Positions 7,948 to 18,700 of a DNA stretch of 43,654 bases are shown here, piece after piece (the first letter of the stretch is position 1; the number at the start of each line of letters is the position of its first letter). Both the position numbers and the translations under genes were made by a program. The notes under the pieces are model-generated. The model made no database searches. It saw nothing but the letters and a program-made list of their open reading frames with translations, and was not told the origin of the DNA. The stretch is taken from positions 1 through 43,654 of IMG/VR virus record IMGVR_UViG_3300035670_000436; one strand, 5' to 3'. The DNA is from a virus.

Positions 7948-9861
7948 ATGAGCCTACCAACAGATTATCAGACGTTCATCGCAACGTCTCGTTATGCTCG
8001 ATGGTTGGATGATCAGAAGCGTCGAGAATACTGGCCCGAAACGGTCAGCCGGTATGTAGAGTTTATTGATGGTCACTTGCAGATGAAGCATAATTATAAG
8101 ATGGATCGTGTCCTAAAGGCTGAGATCATTGATGCTATTGTTAATCTAGAAGTGATGCCTAGTATGCGAGCATTGATGACGGCTGGTCCAGCCCTGCTAC
8201 GAGAGAATGTGTCTGGGTATAATTGTTCATACACGCCTGTGAATCATCCTCGATGCTTCGATGAGATCCTCTACATCCTCATGAATGGTGTAGGCGTAGG
8301 CTTCTCCGTCGAGCGGGATGAGATTAACCAATTGCCAGTAGTGAATGAGCATTTTGAACAGTCGGATACAATCATCAAGGTGGCTGATTCTAAGGCTGGG
8401 TGGGCTAAGGCACTACGCGAATTGATCGCTATGCTTTATAGTGGGCAGATCCCACAATGGGACATGAGTCAGATTCGTCCTGCTGGTAGTCGCCTGAAGA
8501 CGTTTGGCGGTAGAGCATCTGGACCGGGACCACTAGACGACTTGTTCAAGTTTACCGTAAACGTATTTCAGAATGCTGCTGGGCGTAAACTCTACGCGGT
8601 GGAGTGTCATGATCTTGTATGTAAAATTGCTGAAGTGGTCGTGGTTGGTGGGGTTCGGCGCTCCGCGCTCATCAGCCTTTCCAACCTATCGGATGGTCGT
8701 ATGCGAAATGCCAAGTCGGGAGAATGGTGGACGGATAATCCGCAGCGAGCCTTGGCGAACAATAGTGTGGCCTATACCGAAACGCCTGGTATGGATGCGT
8801 TCATGGAGGAATGGTTAAGCCTCTACGAGTCCAAGAGTGGTGAGCGTGGAATCTTCAATCGTGAAGCCGCTAAGAAGCAAGCAGCGAAGAATGGGAGGCG
8901 CGAGTATGAGCATAACTTTGGAACAAACCCGTGCTCTGAGATTATTCTCAGGCCACACCAGTTTTGCAATCTCACGGAAGTGGTCGTTAGAGCCGATGAT
9001 GGGCCACACGATCTACAAAGAAAAGTCAGGATCGCTACGATTCTTGGGACCTTCCAAGCCACCCTTACAGACTTTAAGTATCTCCGTAAAGTGTGGAAGC
9101 AGAACACGGAAGAAGAGCGTCTCCTTGGTGTTTCTCTCACAGGTATCTTCGACAATGAGAACATGGTGGACAAGGGCACGATCCGTCTTGTTCCGCTTCT
9201 CAAAGAGTTAAAGCAGGAGGCGATCACTACTAATGCTAAGTATGCTAAGCAGATTGGTATTCCTCAGTCTACTGCCATTACTTGTGTCAAGCCTAGTGGT
9301 ACTGTCTCTCAGTTGGTGGACTCCGCTAGCGGCATTCATCCTCGTTATTCCGAGTATTATATTCGTCGTGTACGTGGTGATGTCAAGGATCCGCTCACAC
9401 AATTCTTGATTGATGCTGGTGTGCCTCACGAGGCTGATGTGATGCAGCCTGATAATATGATGGTATTCTCGTTCCCACAGAAGGCTCCTAGTAAGACGCG
9501 AGAGTTGACTGCTATTCAGCATCTCGACTTGTGGCTCGCTTATCAGGAGTATTGGTGTGAGCATAAGCCTAGTATTACGGTGAGTGTGGCTGAGCATGAG
9601 TGGATGAGTGTGGGTGCTTGGGTGTTTGATCATTTTGATGAGGTTAGTGGTATCTCCTTCTTGCCCAAGTCGGATCATACGTATCGTCAGGCTCCTTACG
9701 AAGCGATTACGAAGAAGGAGTATGAGGCGTTGGTGAAGGAGTCTCCTAGTAAGATCGAGTGGGAGCGTTTGGCAGAGTACGAGTTAGAAGATAATACAGA
9801 ATCTTCGCAGACGTTTGCTTGTGCTGCTGACTCGTGTGAGGTTGTTGATATTAAGGCATAA
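7948..9861 (+). CDS. nrdJ: class II (adenosylcobalamin-dependent) ribonucleotide reductase
   Basis: 637 aa. Active-site block FGTNPCSEIILRPHQFCNLTEVVV and overall RNR-like sequence. AAGGAG RBS. Confidence 0.8.
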   Translation: MSLPTDYQTFIATSRYARWLDDQKRREYWPETVSRYVEFIDGHLQMKHNYKMDRVLKAEIIDAIVNLEVMPSMRALMTAGPALLRENVSGYNCSYTPVNHPRCFDEILYILMNGVGVGFSVERDEINQLPVVNEHFEQSDTIIKVADSKAGWAKALRELIAMLYSGQIPQWDMSQIRPAGSRLKTFGGRASGPGPLDDLFKFTVNVFQNAAGRKLYAVECHDLVCKIAEVVVVGGVRRSALISLSNLSDGRMRNAKSGEWWTDNPQRALANNSVAYTETPGMDAFMEEWLSLYESKSGERGIFNREAAKKQAAKNGRREYEHNFGTNPCSEIILRPHQFCNLTEVVVRADDGPHDLQRKVRIATILGTFQATLTDFKYLRKVWKQNTEEERLLGVSLTGIFDNENMVDKGTIRLVPLLKELKQEAITTNAKYAKQIGIPQSTAITCVKPSGTVSQLVDSASGIHPRYSEYYIRRVRGDVKDPLTQFLIDAGVPHEADVMQPDNMMVFSFPQKAPSKTRELTAIQHLDLWLAYQEYWCEHKPSITVSVAEHEWMSVGAWVFDHFDEVSGISFLPKSDHTYRQAPYEAITKKEYEALVKESPSKIEWERLAEYELEDNTESSQTFACAADSCEVVDIKA

Positions 9862-9893
9862 AAAAAAGACCCCGGCTTTCGCCGGGGTCTTTA
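9861..9893. terminator. bidirectional rho-independent terminator between the convergent arms
   Basis: A7-GACCCCGGC-TTTC-GCCGGGGTC-TTT: a 9-bp GC stem flanked by an A-run and a T-run. Confidence 0.85.
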
Positions 9894-9896
9894 ACA

Positions 9897-11255
9897 TTAC
9901 ATATTTCTTAACCATTCAGCCAATTGTTCTCTAACCTCTCTTCGAACTAAACTTGGATCAAACGCATCTTCTCCAACGCCCCAAGAACTACCAAATTTAA
10001 CACGAGGTTTAATAGTCTTAGAGAAACGCTCCATTCGTAGTGGGTCTGTTAATGTTTCACTTACTTTAGAAAGCCTGGATATAGTATCGATATATGCTTT
10101 ATTTGTTGCCGCCTCATCTGAAAACTGTCTAATAAACGGTAAGTCGCCAGCGCCTAAAGCCATTTCTCTGGCTACCTCATACGGCCCAGAGCCTTTAATT
10201 CTACTATTAAAAAAGTCATCTACTAAAATTAGTTCGTTAGGGCTAAGCGCTGCTCGACCCTGTTTTTCTAATTTATCTAAAATAGGAGTAAGTTCAAGAA
10301 CATCAGAAACTTCATCAGCATATCTAAGTGCATTGCTTACTGTATCAGCCCCAGTAAAAGCCGCACCAATTACATGCTCTTTAGGAGCAGTAACAGCAGA
10401 TCTGCCATATCTTGAAGCAGGATTAGTAATAAAACCAAAAGAACTAGATTCAGGCCCCAAATCGCTACGCCTAATATTAATAGCCCTTTTTACAGCCTCA
10501 ACCGAAGGAGTAGGATCTCCAAAATCAAACGGCCTTCCTCTAGCCGCCACACTAATTTCATTAAGAGATGCTTCAGGAACATCAAGCAGCCTACCAAAAT
10601 CAGAAAAAGGAATATTTAACCAATTAGAGGCGCGCTCAAACCCGCCCTTTGCCGTCTGTCTAAAATAAGGAATCTGCGTTTCTTCTGGAACATCAATACC
10701 CCTAAAAGATAATTCGCCTTCTCGCGCTAATCTTCCTAAATTAGGATATCGTCTCATAACAAAAGAACCTAACGTAGGATCTCCTGTAATAATTTCAGAC
10801 AAAGACTTTAAACCTTTTCTGCCCGACTCAAATCTTCCCCTACCAGTTTTAACTAGAGGGCCAGCCGCGCGTCTAGCAACACTACCAATTACACCACTAC
10901 CCCCATACTCTTCAATAAACCCCTTAACTTCGGGGCTTTCCATAGCCGCACTAATCTGTAAATTACGCCGATCCTCTCGACTAAGATTAGGATTTTCAGC
11001 CGCCTGTTGAATAATATTAGCCCTATTTCGTGCTTGTGCCGCCTGTTCAGACATGCCTCCAAGAAGACGAGTGTTAAATAAAGGAGAAAAACTAAGCCTT
11101 TCAAATAAACTAGCCTTAGGTTTTGTCGGAGCCTCCATAGGCGCAGGAGTAGAGAACGCTAATTCGCGCTTAGCCTTAGCCTTAGGAATAGCAGAACGCT
11201 TCATCTGTCGATTAGCAAGCATCTGCCTATAATTAGCACCCCCCTCAACAGCCAT
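9897..11255 (-). CDS. hypothetical protein, 452 aa (last gene of the morphogenesis arm)
   Basis: AGGAGG RBS. Long ORF with the arm-typical G/T-ending codon bias. Confidence 0.6.
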   Translation of the reverse strand: MAVEGGANYRQMLANRQMKRSAIPKAKAKRELAFSTPAPMEAPTKPKASLFERLSFSPLFNTRLLGGMSEQAAQARNRANIIQQAAENPNLSREDRRNLQISAAMESPEVKGFIEEYGGSGVIGSVARRAAGPLVKTGRGRFESGRKGLKSLSEIITGDPTLGSFVMRRYPNLGRLAREGELSFRGIDVPEETQIPYFRQTAKGGFERASNWLNIPFSDFGRLLDVPEASLNEISVAARGRPFDFGDPTPSVEAVKRAINIRRSDLGPESSSFGFITNPASRYGRSAVTAPKEHVIGAAFTGADTVSNALRYADEVSDVLELTPILDKLEKQGRAALSPNELILVDDFFNSRIKGSGPYEVAREMALGAGDLPFIRQFSDEAATNKAYIDTISRLSKVSETLTDPLRMERFSKTIKPRVKFGSSWGVGEDAFDPSLVRREVREQLAEWLRNM

Positions 11256-11264
11256 ACCAACCTC

Positions 11265-11675
11265 CTACGCAGACGGACCAGACGACTTAGAAGGCATATA
11301 CATATCCTTCCAAGCATTCAACCCCTTAACAACACCACCAACAGACTTAGTTTTAAGACCACCAGCAATAGCATAAGCAAGAGGCTCAGCAAAAGTACTA
11401 AGCCCACCACGAGGCGTCATTCTACTTCTAGCAACACCACGCATAATACTATTACCCCGCTGAATACGATTAACACCTTTACGATTCTTACGAGTACTAT
11501 ACTTTACAGCATTAACATCATCAGAATAATCCTCAATAGTTTCCCTATACAGACTAGGCTCTACAGCGCCGGGTAAACGCCGCACCGTACCCCGCTTTCC
11601 GCCCTTGGGAAAAGCAGGAGCAGCCATAGAAAGTTTAGGCGACTTAGGCTTTTTAAGATTACCATAAACAGGCAT
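11265..11675 (-). CDS. hypothetical basic protein, 136 aa
   Basis: Tightly packed after the upstream stop. Lys/Arg-rich. Confidence 0.5.
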   Translation of the reverse strand: MPVYGNLKKPKSPKLSMAAPAFPKGGKRGTVRRLPGAVEPSLYRETIEDYSDDVNAVKYSTRKNRKGVNRIQRGNSIMRGVARSRMTPRGGLSTFAEPLAYAIAGGLKTKSVGGVVKGLNAWKDMYMPSKSSGPSA

Positions 11676-11677
11676 AA

Positions 11678-12076
11678 CTACCGCCCCATCCGTTTACGAA
11701 TAGCCATAGAACGAGCAATCTGCTTAGCCTTATCCTTACCCTGAACCTGCTTTAACTTTAACTGATAACGACGCTCCCAATCAGCGGCACGAGCCGCCTC
11801 ACGAGTAGCCATACTATGCTGTTGCTGCGCAGCAGGATTACCCTGAAGAGACTTAGGAACCGCAGGCGGAGGCGTTCCAGGAGCAGGACGACTCTTACCG
11901 GCATTAAGTTCTCCCGTACGAGCAAGTTGCATAACCCTAGCCCTCATAGTTGCACGACGAGCAGCCTCAGTCGTTCCAGCACTAACCTTACTAACCTTAG
12001 GAACGGGAGGCTTACCCATATTAGAGCCTCGACCGCGACCAGAACCCCCGCCGACTCTACGCTTACCGAGACCCAT
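11678..12076 (-). CDS. hypothetical highly basic protein, 132 aa
   Basis: TAATG overlap with the upstream gene. Arg/Lys/Gly/Ala-rich low complexity. Confidence 0.5.
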   Translation of the reverse strand: MGLGKRRVGGGSGRGRGSNMGKPPVPKVSKVSAGTTEAARRATMRARVMQLARTGELNAGKSRPAPGTPPPAVPKSLQGNPAAQQQHSMATREAARAADWERRYQLKLKQVQGKDKAKQIARSMAIRKRMGR

Positions 12077-12276
12077 TATTCATCCCAACCTTTCTGAGCC
12101 TGATACTCACGAACAATATTATACGCAAGCGATAATACAGCAGCAAGACCAGCCACAAACGGAGCCGCCACATCACCCGGCTCATCAATACCAGCAATAC
12201 CATCAACTAACAATACAGCAAGAAACGCCTGAATAAACGTTAATGCTGCACGAGTAAAAATCTCACGCCAATTCAT
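12076..12276 (-). CDS. two-TM membrane protein, holin-like (resembles r1t-type holins)
   Basis: MNWREIFTRAALTFIQAFLAVLLV...VAGLAAVLSLAYNIV gives two hydrophobic helices and a charged C-terminus. ATGA overlap with the upstream gene. Confidence 0.5.
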   Translation of the reverse strand: MNWREIFTRAALTFIQAFLAVLLVDGIAGIDEPGDVAAPFVAGLAAVLSLAYNIVREYQAQKGWDE

Positions 12277-12467
12277 CGGTAGTCCTTTTTCATCCCGCGC
12301 TTGGGGGCCGATGCCCGCTGTCGCGCTAACCTATTAGTTGCAATCTTCTTACGAATCTTCGACAACTCCGGCGCATAAACACCAATCGGCTGCTTTCCCA
12401 TAGTCCCAGTAGCATACTGTTGATCAGGACTCTGAACACGACTACCAGTTCTAATCCACTCCGGCAT
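12273..12467 (-). CDS. hypothetical basic protein, 64 aa
   Basis: AAGGAGG lies 6 nt upstream of ATG 12467. The longer ORF-track start has no RBS. Confidence 0.45.
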   Translation of the reverse strand: MPEWIRTGSRVQSPDQQYATGTMGKQPIGVYAPELSKIRKKIATNRLARQRASAPKRGMKKDYR

Positions 12468-12478
12468 AACAATCCTCC

Positions 12479-12715
12479 TTAAATCGCCTGTGTAACAAAC
12501 CAAATAATACCAGCAAGAATACCACCAGAAAGCACACTCGTAGCAACCATCATCTGCATACGCTTACCCTCCTTCTCACCCTGCCACTTCGCCTCCTGCA
12601 TCTCCAACTCCGTCACCCGACCATTAGTACGCTTAACCTCAGAATGAATCTGCTGAAGCCTAGCATCCATCTCATCGAGCCGGTGAAGAATAATCTGAAT
12701 ATCACCCTCACTCAC
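12479..12715 (-). CDS. coiled-coil protein with C-terminal TM anchor (possible lysis or membrane protein)
   Basis: N-terminal heptad-like helix, then MMVATSVLSGGILAGIIWFVTQAI. Confidence 0.5.
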   Translation of the reverse strand: MSEGDIQIILHRLDEMDARLQQIHSEVKRTNGRVTELEMQEAKWQGEKEGKRMQMMVATSVLSGGILAGIIWFVTQAI

Positions 12716-12721
12716 ATCTGA

Positions 12722-15700
12722 TCACCCCCCACCAAGAATCATATTAACCTGTGACTGACTAAGACCCCTCAACTGAGCCTCGCTAGGATACTGCTCACGC
12801 AACTGTTGCAACACAATCTGCACCATCTCAGGATCAGAATTCTGAAACTTAGGAACATAATACGTCAAAACAAAATCCCTAAGCCGACGCCACTCCTCAA
12901 GATTCTCAGCAGCCTTCGTACGCTGAGACTTAAACGCCTTCTTCTGCTCCTCAACAAGCACACCACTAGCATCCCATTGCTGCTTCGTCATCTCATCAAG
13001 CATAACAGGATCAAGGCTCATAACACGAGAAGGAGCAAACACATTAAACAAACCAGCAGCAGTAGTCGTCGGGAAACGCTGACTCATACGCTGAGGCACA
13101 GCCCTCAACTTAGAATTCTCAGGATCATTAGGATTAACAAAAATATCCTCAGCATTATTAATATCCCTAGCCTCATTAAGATCCATCTCAGTCTTAAACA
13201 AATTAGCAGTCTGAGCAATCACAGGGAAAGACTGATACATATCAGCATAATAACTCAATAGGCTTTGATTCTTCTGATCCTCAGTAAGAGGAATACCCGT
13301 AAGAGGATCAACGCCCAACTGTTGAGCGATACCACCCACAAGGTATGGGTTCATGCCCTGAGTAAGTTTACCCATGTCACCAAGATCAGTACGCAGTCCA
13401 GGAATAATACCCTGCACCTGAGCAAACGAACGACCAGTCTGACCAAGCGGATTAACACTACCACTCATCACAAAATTAAGACGAGTAGGATCGAGTCCTA
13501 GAACATTAGCAACACTACCCGCGAGAGGAATACTTTCAAGCATCCACTCTGGCAAGCCACCAGCCTCCAACTGTTCAGCATAACCATAATTACCCATATT
13601 AAACATCACATTAGAAGTAATAGGACGATCCTGAACAAGCCGCTTAGTGAACAAGGCCGAATGCCTAGTCCAAGCATAGAAGGGTAACAGGAAGTCACGA
13701 ACCGTCTTCTCAGCCGGAGTGAACCAACGATAATTACCAACAACACTATCAGCCTGGTATCGCATCTCACGAAGCAGAAAAGGATTATAAAACTCACTAT
13801 TACGATCCGCGATCAGTCGAAGCGCAGCATGAAAACGAGTCTGCTTACCAATCAAACGCTCAGGCACAGCAGTACTCATATAATCAGTAACAACCTGACT
13901 ATTCATAAACTTAGCAAACAACGGATCACTCATTGCAGCCTTCTTCATAATCATAGCCCGAAGAGCAGACTCAAACGCGAACGCAATAATATAACCGAAC
14001 GAGGCGACAGTCTTAGCGACCTTACCACCAATACGAGCAGGCTTATTATTAAGCAGAGGACGCATCACACGAGCCGCACTAGGAGCCTTCCGATCCGCAG
14101 CATTAACAAGATCCGTAAGGCGCTGACCACGAACAGCCATATCCTCCATGAAAATGTTACCACTAGCAAAATCATCAGAGAAGATCTCTTTAAGGATCAT
14201 ATAATCATCGCCCAACTGGGCAAGATCCACGATCTCCCTCCGCTGCTCACGACGCATCTTACGACCCTTAAACGTAGCCTCACGAGCAGCATTCTGCGCA
14301 CCCTTAGCAAGAAGACTAGCCATAATCTGTGGTGCCCACTCAGGACGAGCAATCATAAGCATAATACTCGACCCGACAACCTGCTGATTAATAAATCGAG
14401 GACTCATAGCAAGCACCAGAGTCTTAAACAAGTCACTAGCACCATACAGAATCTTCAACACCTTATTATTAGAACGACGCGCAGACTCACCAAACCGCTT
14501 ATGAATAGCCTTAGGAATTACCATAATATACGAATTAGGATCACGCAAACCAAGCGAAGCATAACGCGCAGCAACATCCTCAGGAGCCAACTCTGCCAAC
14601 TCCTTAGCATCCAACAAACGAATCATACTCGTATCAATAAACTGCTTACTAATATCCTGCTCCCAATCAGCAAGCCTCTGCAAACGCTGCTCAGAAAGAA
14701 CCATACTCATCGCATCAAAATAATTCATCTTAACACGATAATGCGTCTTCCCATCCAACTGGATCTCGTCAACCGTACCAACATTCTGCGCTTCCAAATC
14801 ACCCTGCTTACGAGTAGTAGCATACGCCTCAGCAGCAGCACGATTATCAAACACACGATAATTAACAAGCGGAATATAACGATCCTGATTATCAAGATAA
14901 TCACGAACACTAATCGGCACAGCAGTATCCTCAATCGTCTGCTCATAAAACTCTGTCACACGACGCTGAGTAGCCCGCATACTCGCAGCCAACTGCACAT
15001 CAAACTGGTACGAAGCAAGACCAGACGCAATAACCTCATTACGATTCTGACGGTTAGCAAACGATTCTGGACCACGAACACCACGAGTACTAATCTTATC
15101 CACAAAGTCTCGCGCATTCGGAAACAACTTATTCATCTTATTAACAATCGCTACCTCAACATCAATTTGACCCTCAGCAGGGCTTTTAAACTTAACCTTA
15201 CCCGTACGACTACGCGACAAAGCCCACTCTGGAATCCACACAATATCATCACTAAGCAAACCCTTACGCTCAAACGTCATATCAGCATCATCAAAATTAC
15301 CCTCAACACGAAGATAACGCATCGGATAGAATGTCATACGAGGACCAGCAACCTCATCAGTCAATCTCTCGCCAGTAATAGCAACATCCTCCAAACGCTG
15401 CCTACCAGTACGAGTACTCACAGTCACAGGCTTCACAGACTCATCCAAGAATAAGACAGGACGACCACCAGAATCACGAGTAGCCATATCCTCCTTCAGC
15501 CTAGCAAAACCATCATTAACCTGATCCATAAACTCTGCGACACCCTTAACACTAAGATCAACCACATTACCATCAGCATCAGATAACTGTCGAACATCAG
15601 CCTTAAGCAATTCGGGAATACGCATATTAGGATTAATCATCGGCATCACACCGCCACGAAGAACATTAGCCCCATCAGCGCCAAGTTCGGCAACAACATC

Positions 15701-18700
15701 CTCCGGAAGAAGACGACTAGCCGTAAGAATCAATGCGTACGTACGCTGAAATGCTGCAAGAGCACGAGGATCAGCCTCACCCTTAAGAACACGATTATTA
15801 CGCTCAGACAATAACATCATCGCATCACGCATCTTAGCAACACGACGACCACGCTCAGTACGCGGAATGCCCTGATCATCAATATCAAGAATAGAAGCCA
15901 TAGCATCACGATAACGACGCTCAAACTCTGGCGTCATATAACGATCATAATCAACCTCAAGCAGCCTAATCTCACCACCACCAGCCCGCTGAGGCATACC
16001 AAACGACTCACCCAACTCTTCAGCCTCATCAAGCCTACGGTTAATAGTCGCAATAAACGCAGCATAACCCTGACCATTACCACCCGCAGCAGCCCAAGCA
16101 GCCATCTGCTCAGCATCATCAAGATCAGCATTAGACAATTCTTGTAACTGACGCTCAACCATAAACTCTCGACTAGCCATATCCGAAACAAACGGATCAG
16201 ACTCTCGCATAGCCTTACCATAACGATACTGGAAACCAATCAGAGGAAAATTAATACCAATCTTCGACTTCTGAAAACCCAGCATAGCATTCTGAAAACC
16301 ACGACTCGCAGGATTACCAGCAAGACGAATATACACACGATCCTTAGCCTCCGCAGCATACTTCTGCGACAACTTATCCAAGAACGAGCCAGCCTCAGCA
16401 TCAGGCACAGCATCGCGAACATTAAGAGCAATATAACGAGGTTCAAAAAACGTAGCAGCACGATCAATACGACCAGCACTATACATCTGATTCAATTCAC
16501 CAAAATTACCCTCACTCATAAGGACACGCATAACTGCTTCAGCATTAGGCGAAGAACCAGTCATAACCTGCCGCTGTACCTTAGCGAACTGTCGAGCACT
16601 CATACCAGCACGACTAGCCTTAGTCGTCATAGCAGCAACCTTAGCGACTTGTGCGCCCTTCGTAGCCCAACCAGCCACAGGCACAACAGTCAAAAGATCA
16701 AGAATAGGGGCAAGCGGATCCTCCAATGAAGAATCAACAAACCCATCCACACTAGAATACCGACGCTCATAATCCGACTTAATCGCATCAAGCGCATCCA
16801 TAGGATTATCCACAATACTATACAAACCATACGGAATAGCCGCAGTAGTCCGAACAATACTTTTAGCAAAATTCTTCTTAACCTCATTCGTAGCCTGCCA
16901 AGCATTCATATTCGTACGAATAGCCTCAGCACTAGTCGGCGATAAAGGACCAGCATTACCCAACTCTGCAAGCCTACCCAGAGCAAACTCTGCCGTATCC
17001 GTCTGGAACGACATATAATCTTCCTTATTACCAATAATCTCATTATAACGATCCGTACCCAGATCATTAAAAAACTCGTTAGCAAGACCAACAACTTCTG
17101 GACTAAGATTAGCATCCCCAGCAATAGCCTTATTAACCATATTAATAAAATCAACCTTCTGACGGTCACGCAAGTATTCTGCACTACGAAGATCCTCAGT
17201 AGCCTTATTAATCTCAGCACCAACCGTCTGACCACCAGACAATAAGTCTGCCAAGCGGCCAAGCGTAGACTCTTCCTCTAAACCAAGAGCCTCCGACGAG
17301 CGAACAGTATTACGCGCCGACGTATCCCCACCAGTAGGAGCATTAAAACTTTCTTTAATGCTCTTAAGAACATCAGGAGGAATATCCTCAGAACGACCCT
17401 GCATAATAAGAGCACGAGCATTAGCATACTGCTCTTCGGGAGTAACATTAGTGAAGAACTCTAATCGAGCCTCCTCCTGATACAAGCGCTGTTCAGCCTC
17501 TTCTTCAAGACGACGCTTAGTAGCAGCACTAGCCCTCTCCTTCTGACGCTCAGCCGCTTCAGTCTGACGAGCAATATCAGAAAAATTAATTCCCTGCATA
17601 TCATTAATAAAACGATTCTGCACATCCGCATACGTACCCTGCGGACTAAACGAGAACATATACGTCTTTAACTCGTCAACCTCAGTCGTATTAGCCTTAC
17701 CATTAAGAAACTTATTCCACAAGGCTAACCCGCGAGTGCCACCCTTATCCTCAATCTCATCAACAATCTTACCACGCCACTTAGCATCTGCTTCACGATA
17801 ATCCTTATACTTCGCAGCCATAGCCTCAAAATCAAACTCGTACTCAACCGTAGTACCAGTCTTCATTGTGACCTTATCAGCCTTATTAGGATCCGTAGAC
17901 TTCTCAACAACCGGATACTTCTCTTTAACCTCTACACGCTTAATATTCTTCTCACTCTGAGGATCATAAATAAACGCACTAGAACGAGGATTAAGACCAT
18001 AAATAGCCGAATAATACTCAAACCTATCATCAAACGAATAACTAGGCTTACGCTTCTCATACTCTAACTGTGTACGATCAGCACCAGAAGAAACCTTAGC
18101 CTTATAATTCTTAGAAAGAAAATTCTGCAAAGCAACAGGACTAGCAACAACAACAGGCTCTTCAACATTAGAACCCTTGCGCTTAACATACGCCATAATC
18201 CCATTACGAATCATATCTTGAGCATCTTTTTGCGTTACATCAAACGCTGCGCCCTTAGAATCAATAAAACTACGAACACCCGCCAGTCGCGCATCAGCAC
18301 CAGATACACCAGGCTTAGCAAACGCGAACATATCAAACGAGCCAAGATACCTTTCAGAATCAGGCACACTATACGGAAGCCTCTGACCAGTCTCATCACG
18401 AATAATACGACTAATCGCAGGCGTAATAACATTAGAAGGAATACCCTGAGGATACTTCTTTTTATAATAATTAGAAACCGTCTTATCATCATAACGATAA
18501 TTACGGCGCATCCATCGCGGAGTCCGCGCAGAGCCAGACGGTAAATACTTATATTCTACTCTACGGCTCCGCTGTCTTCGCTGCCTGATATTACTAATCT
18601 GAGCATTACTAAGATTCCACGCGGGATCTCTGCCCTTAGTAGGACCAATAACAGTCGCTTGACTACCCGGAGTCCTTGCCTTCATCGGGTCAAACGTACT

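Noticed and set aside
13829-15454. 541-aa plus-strand ORF (and similar ones at 12806-13261, 18724-19248, 19567-20421, 20935-21678, 22443-23051, 25251-25967, 25993-26595, 27328-28071, 29918-30772, 30956-31447, 31490-32077)
   Set aside because: They lie antisense to well-supported structural genes. They have extreme low-complexity T/N/L/I/R/H/K/S composition and no RBS. They are explained by G-depletion of this strand removing TAG and TGA stops.
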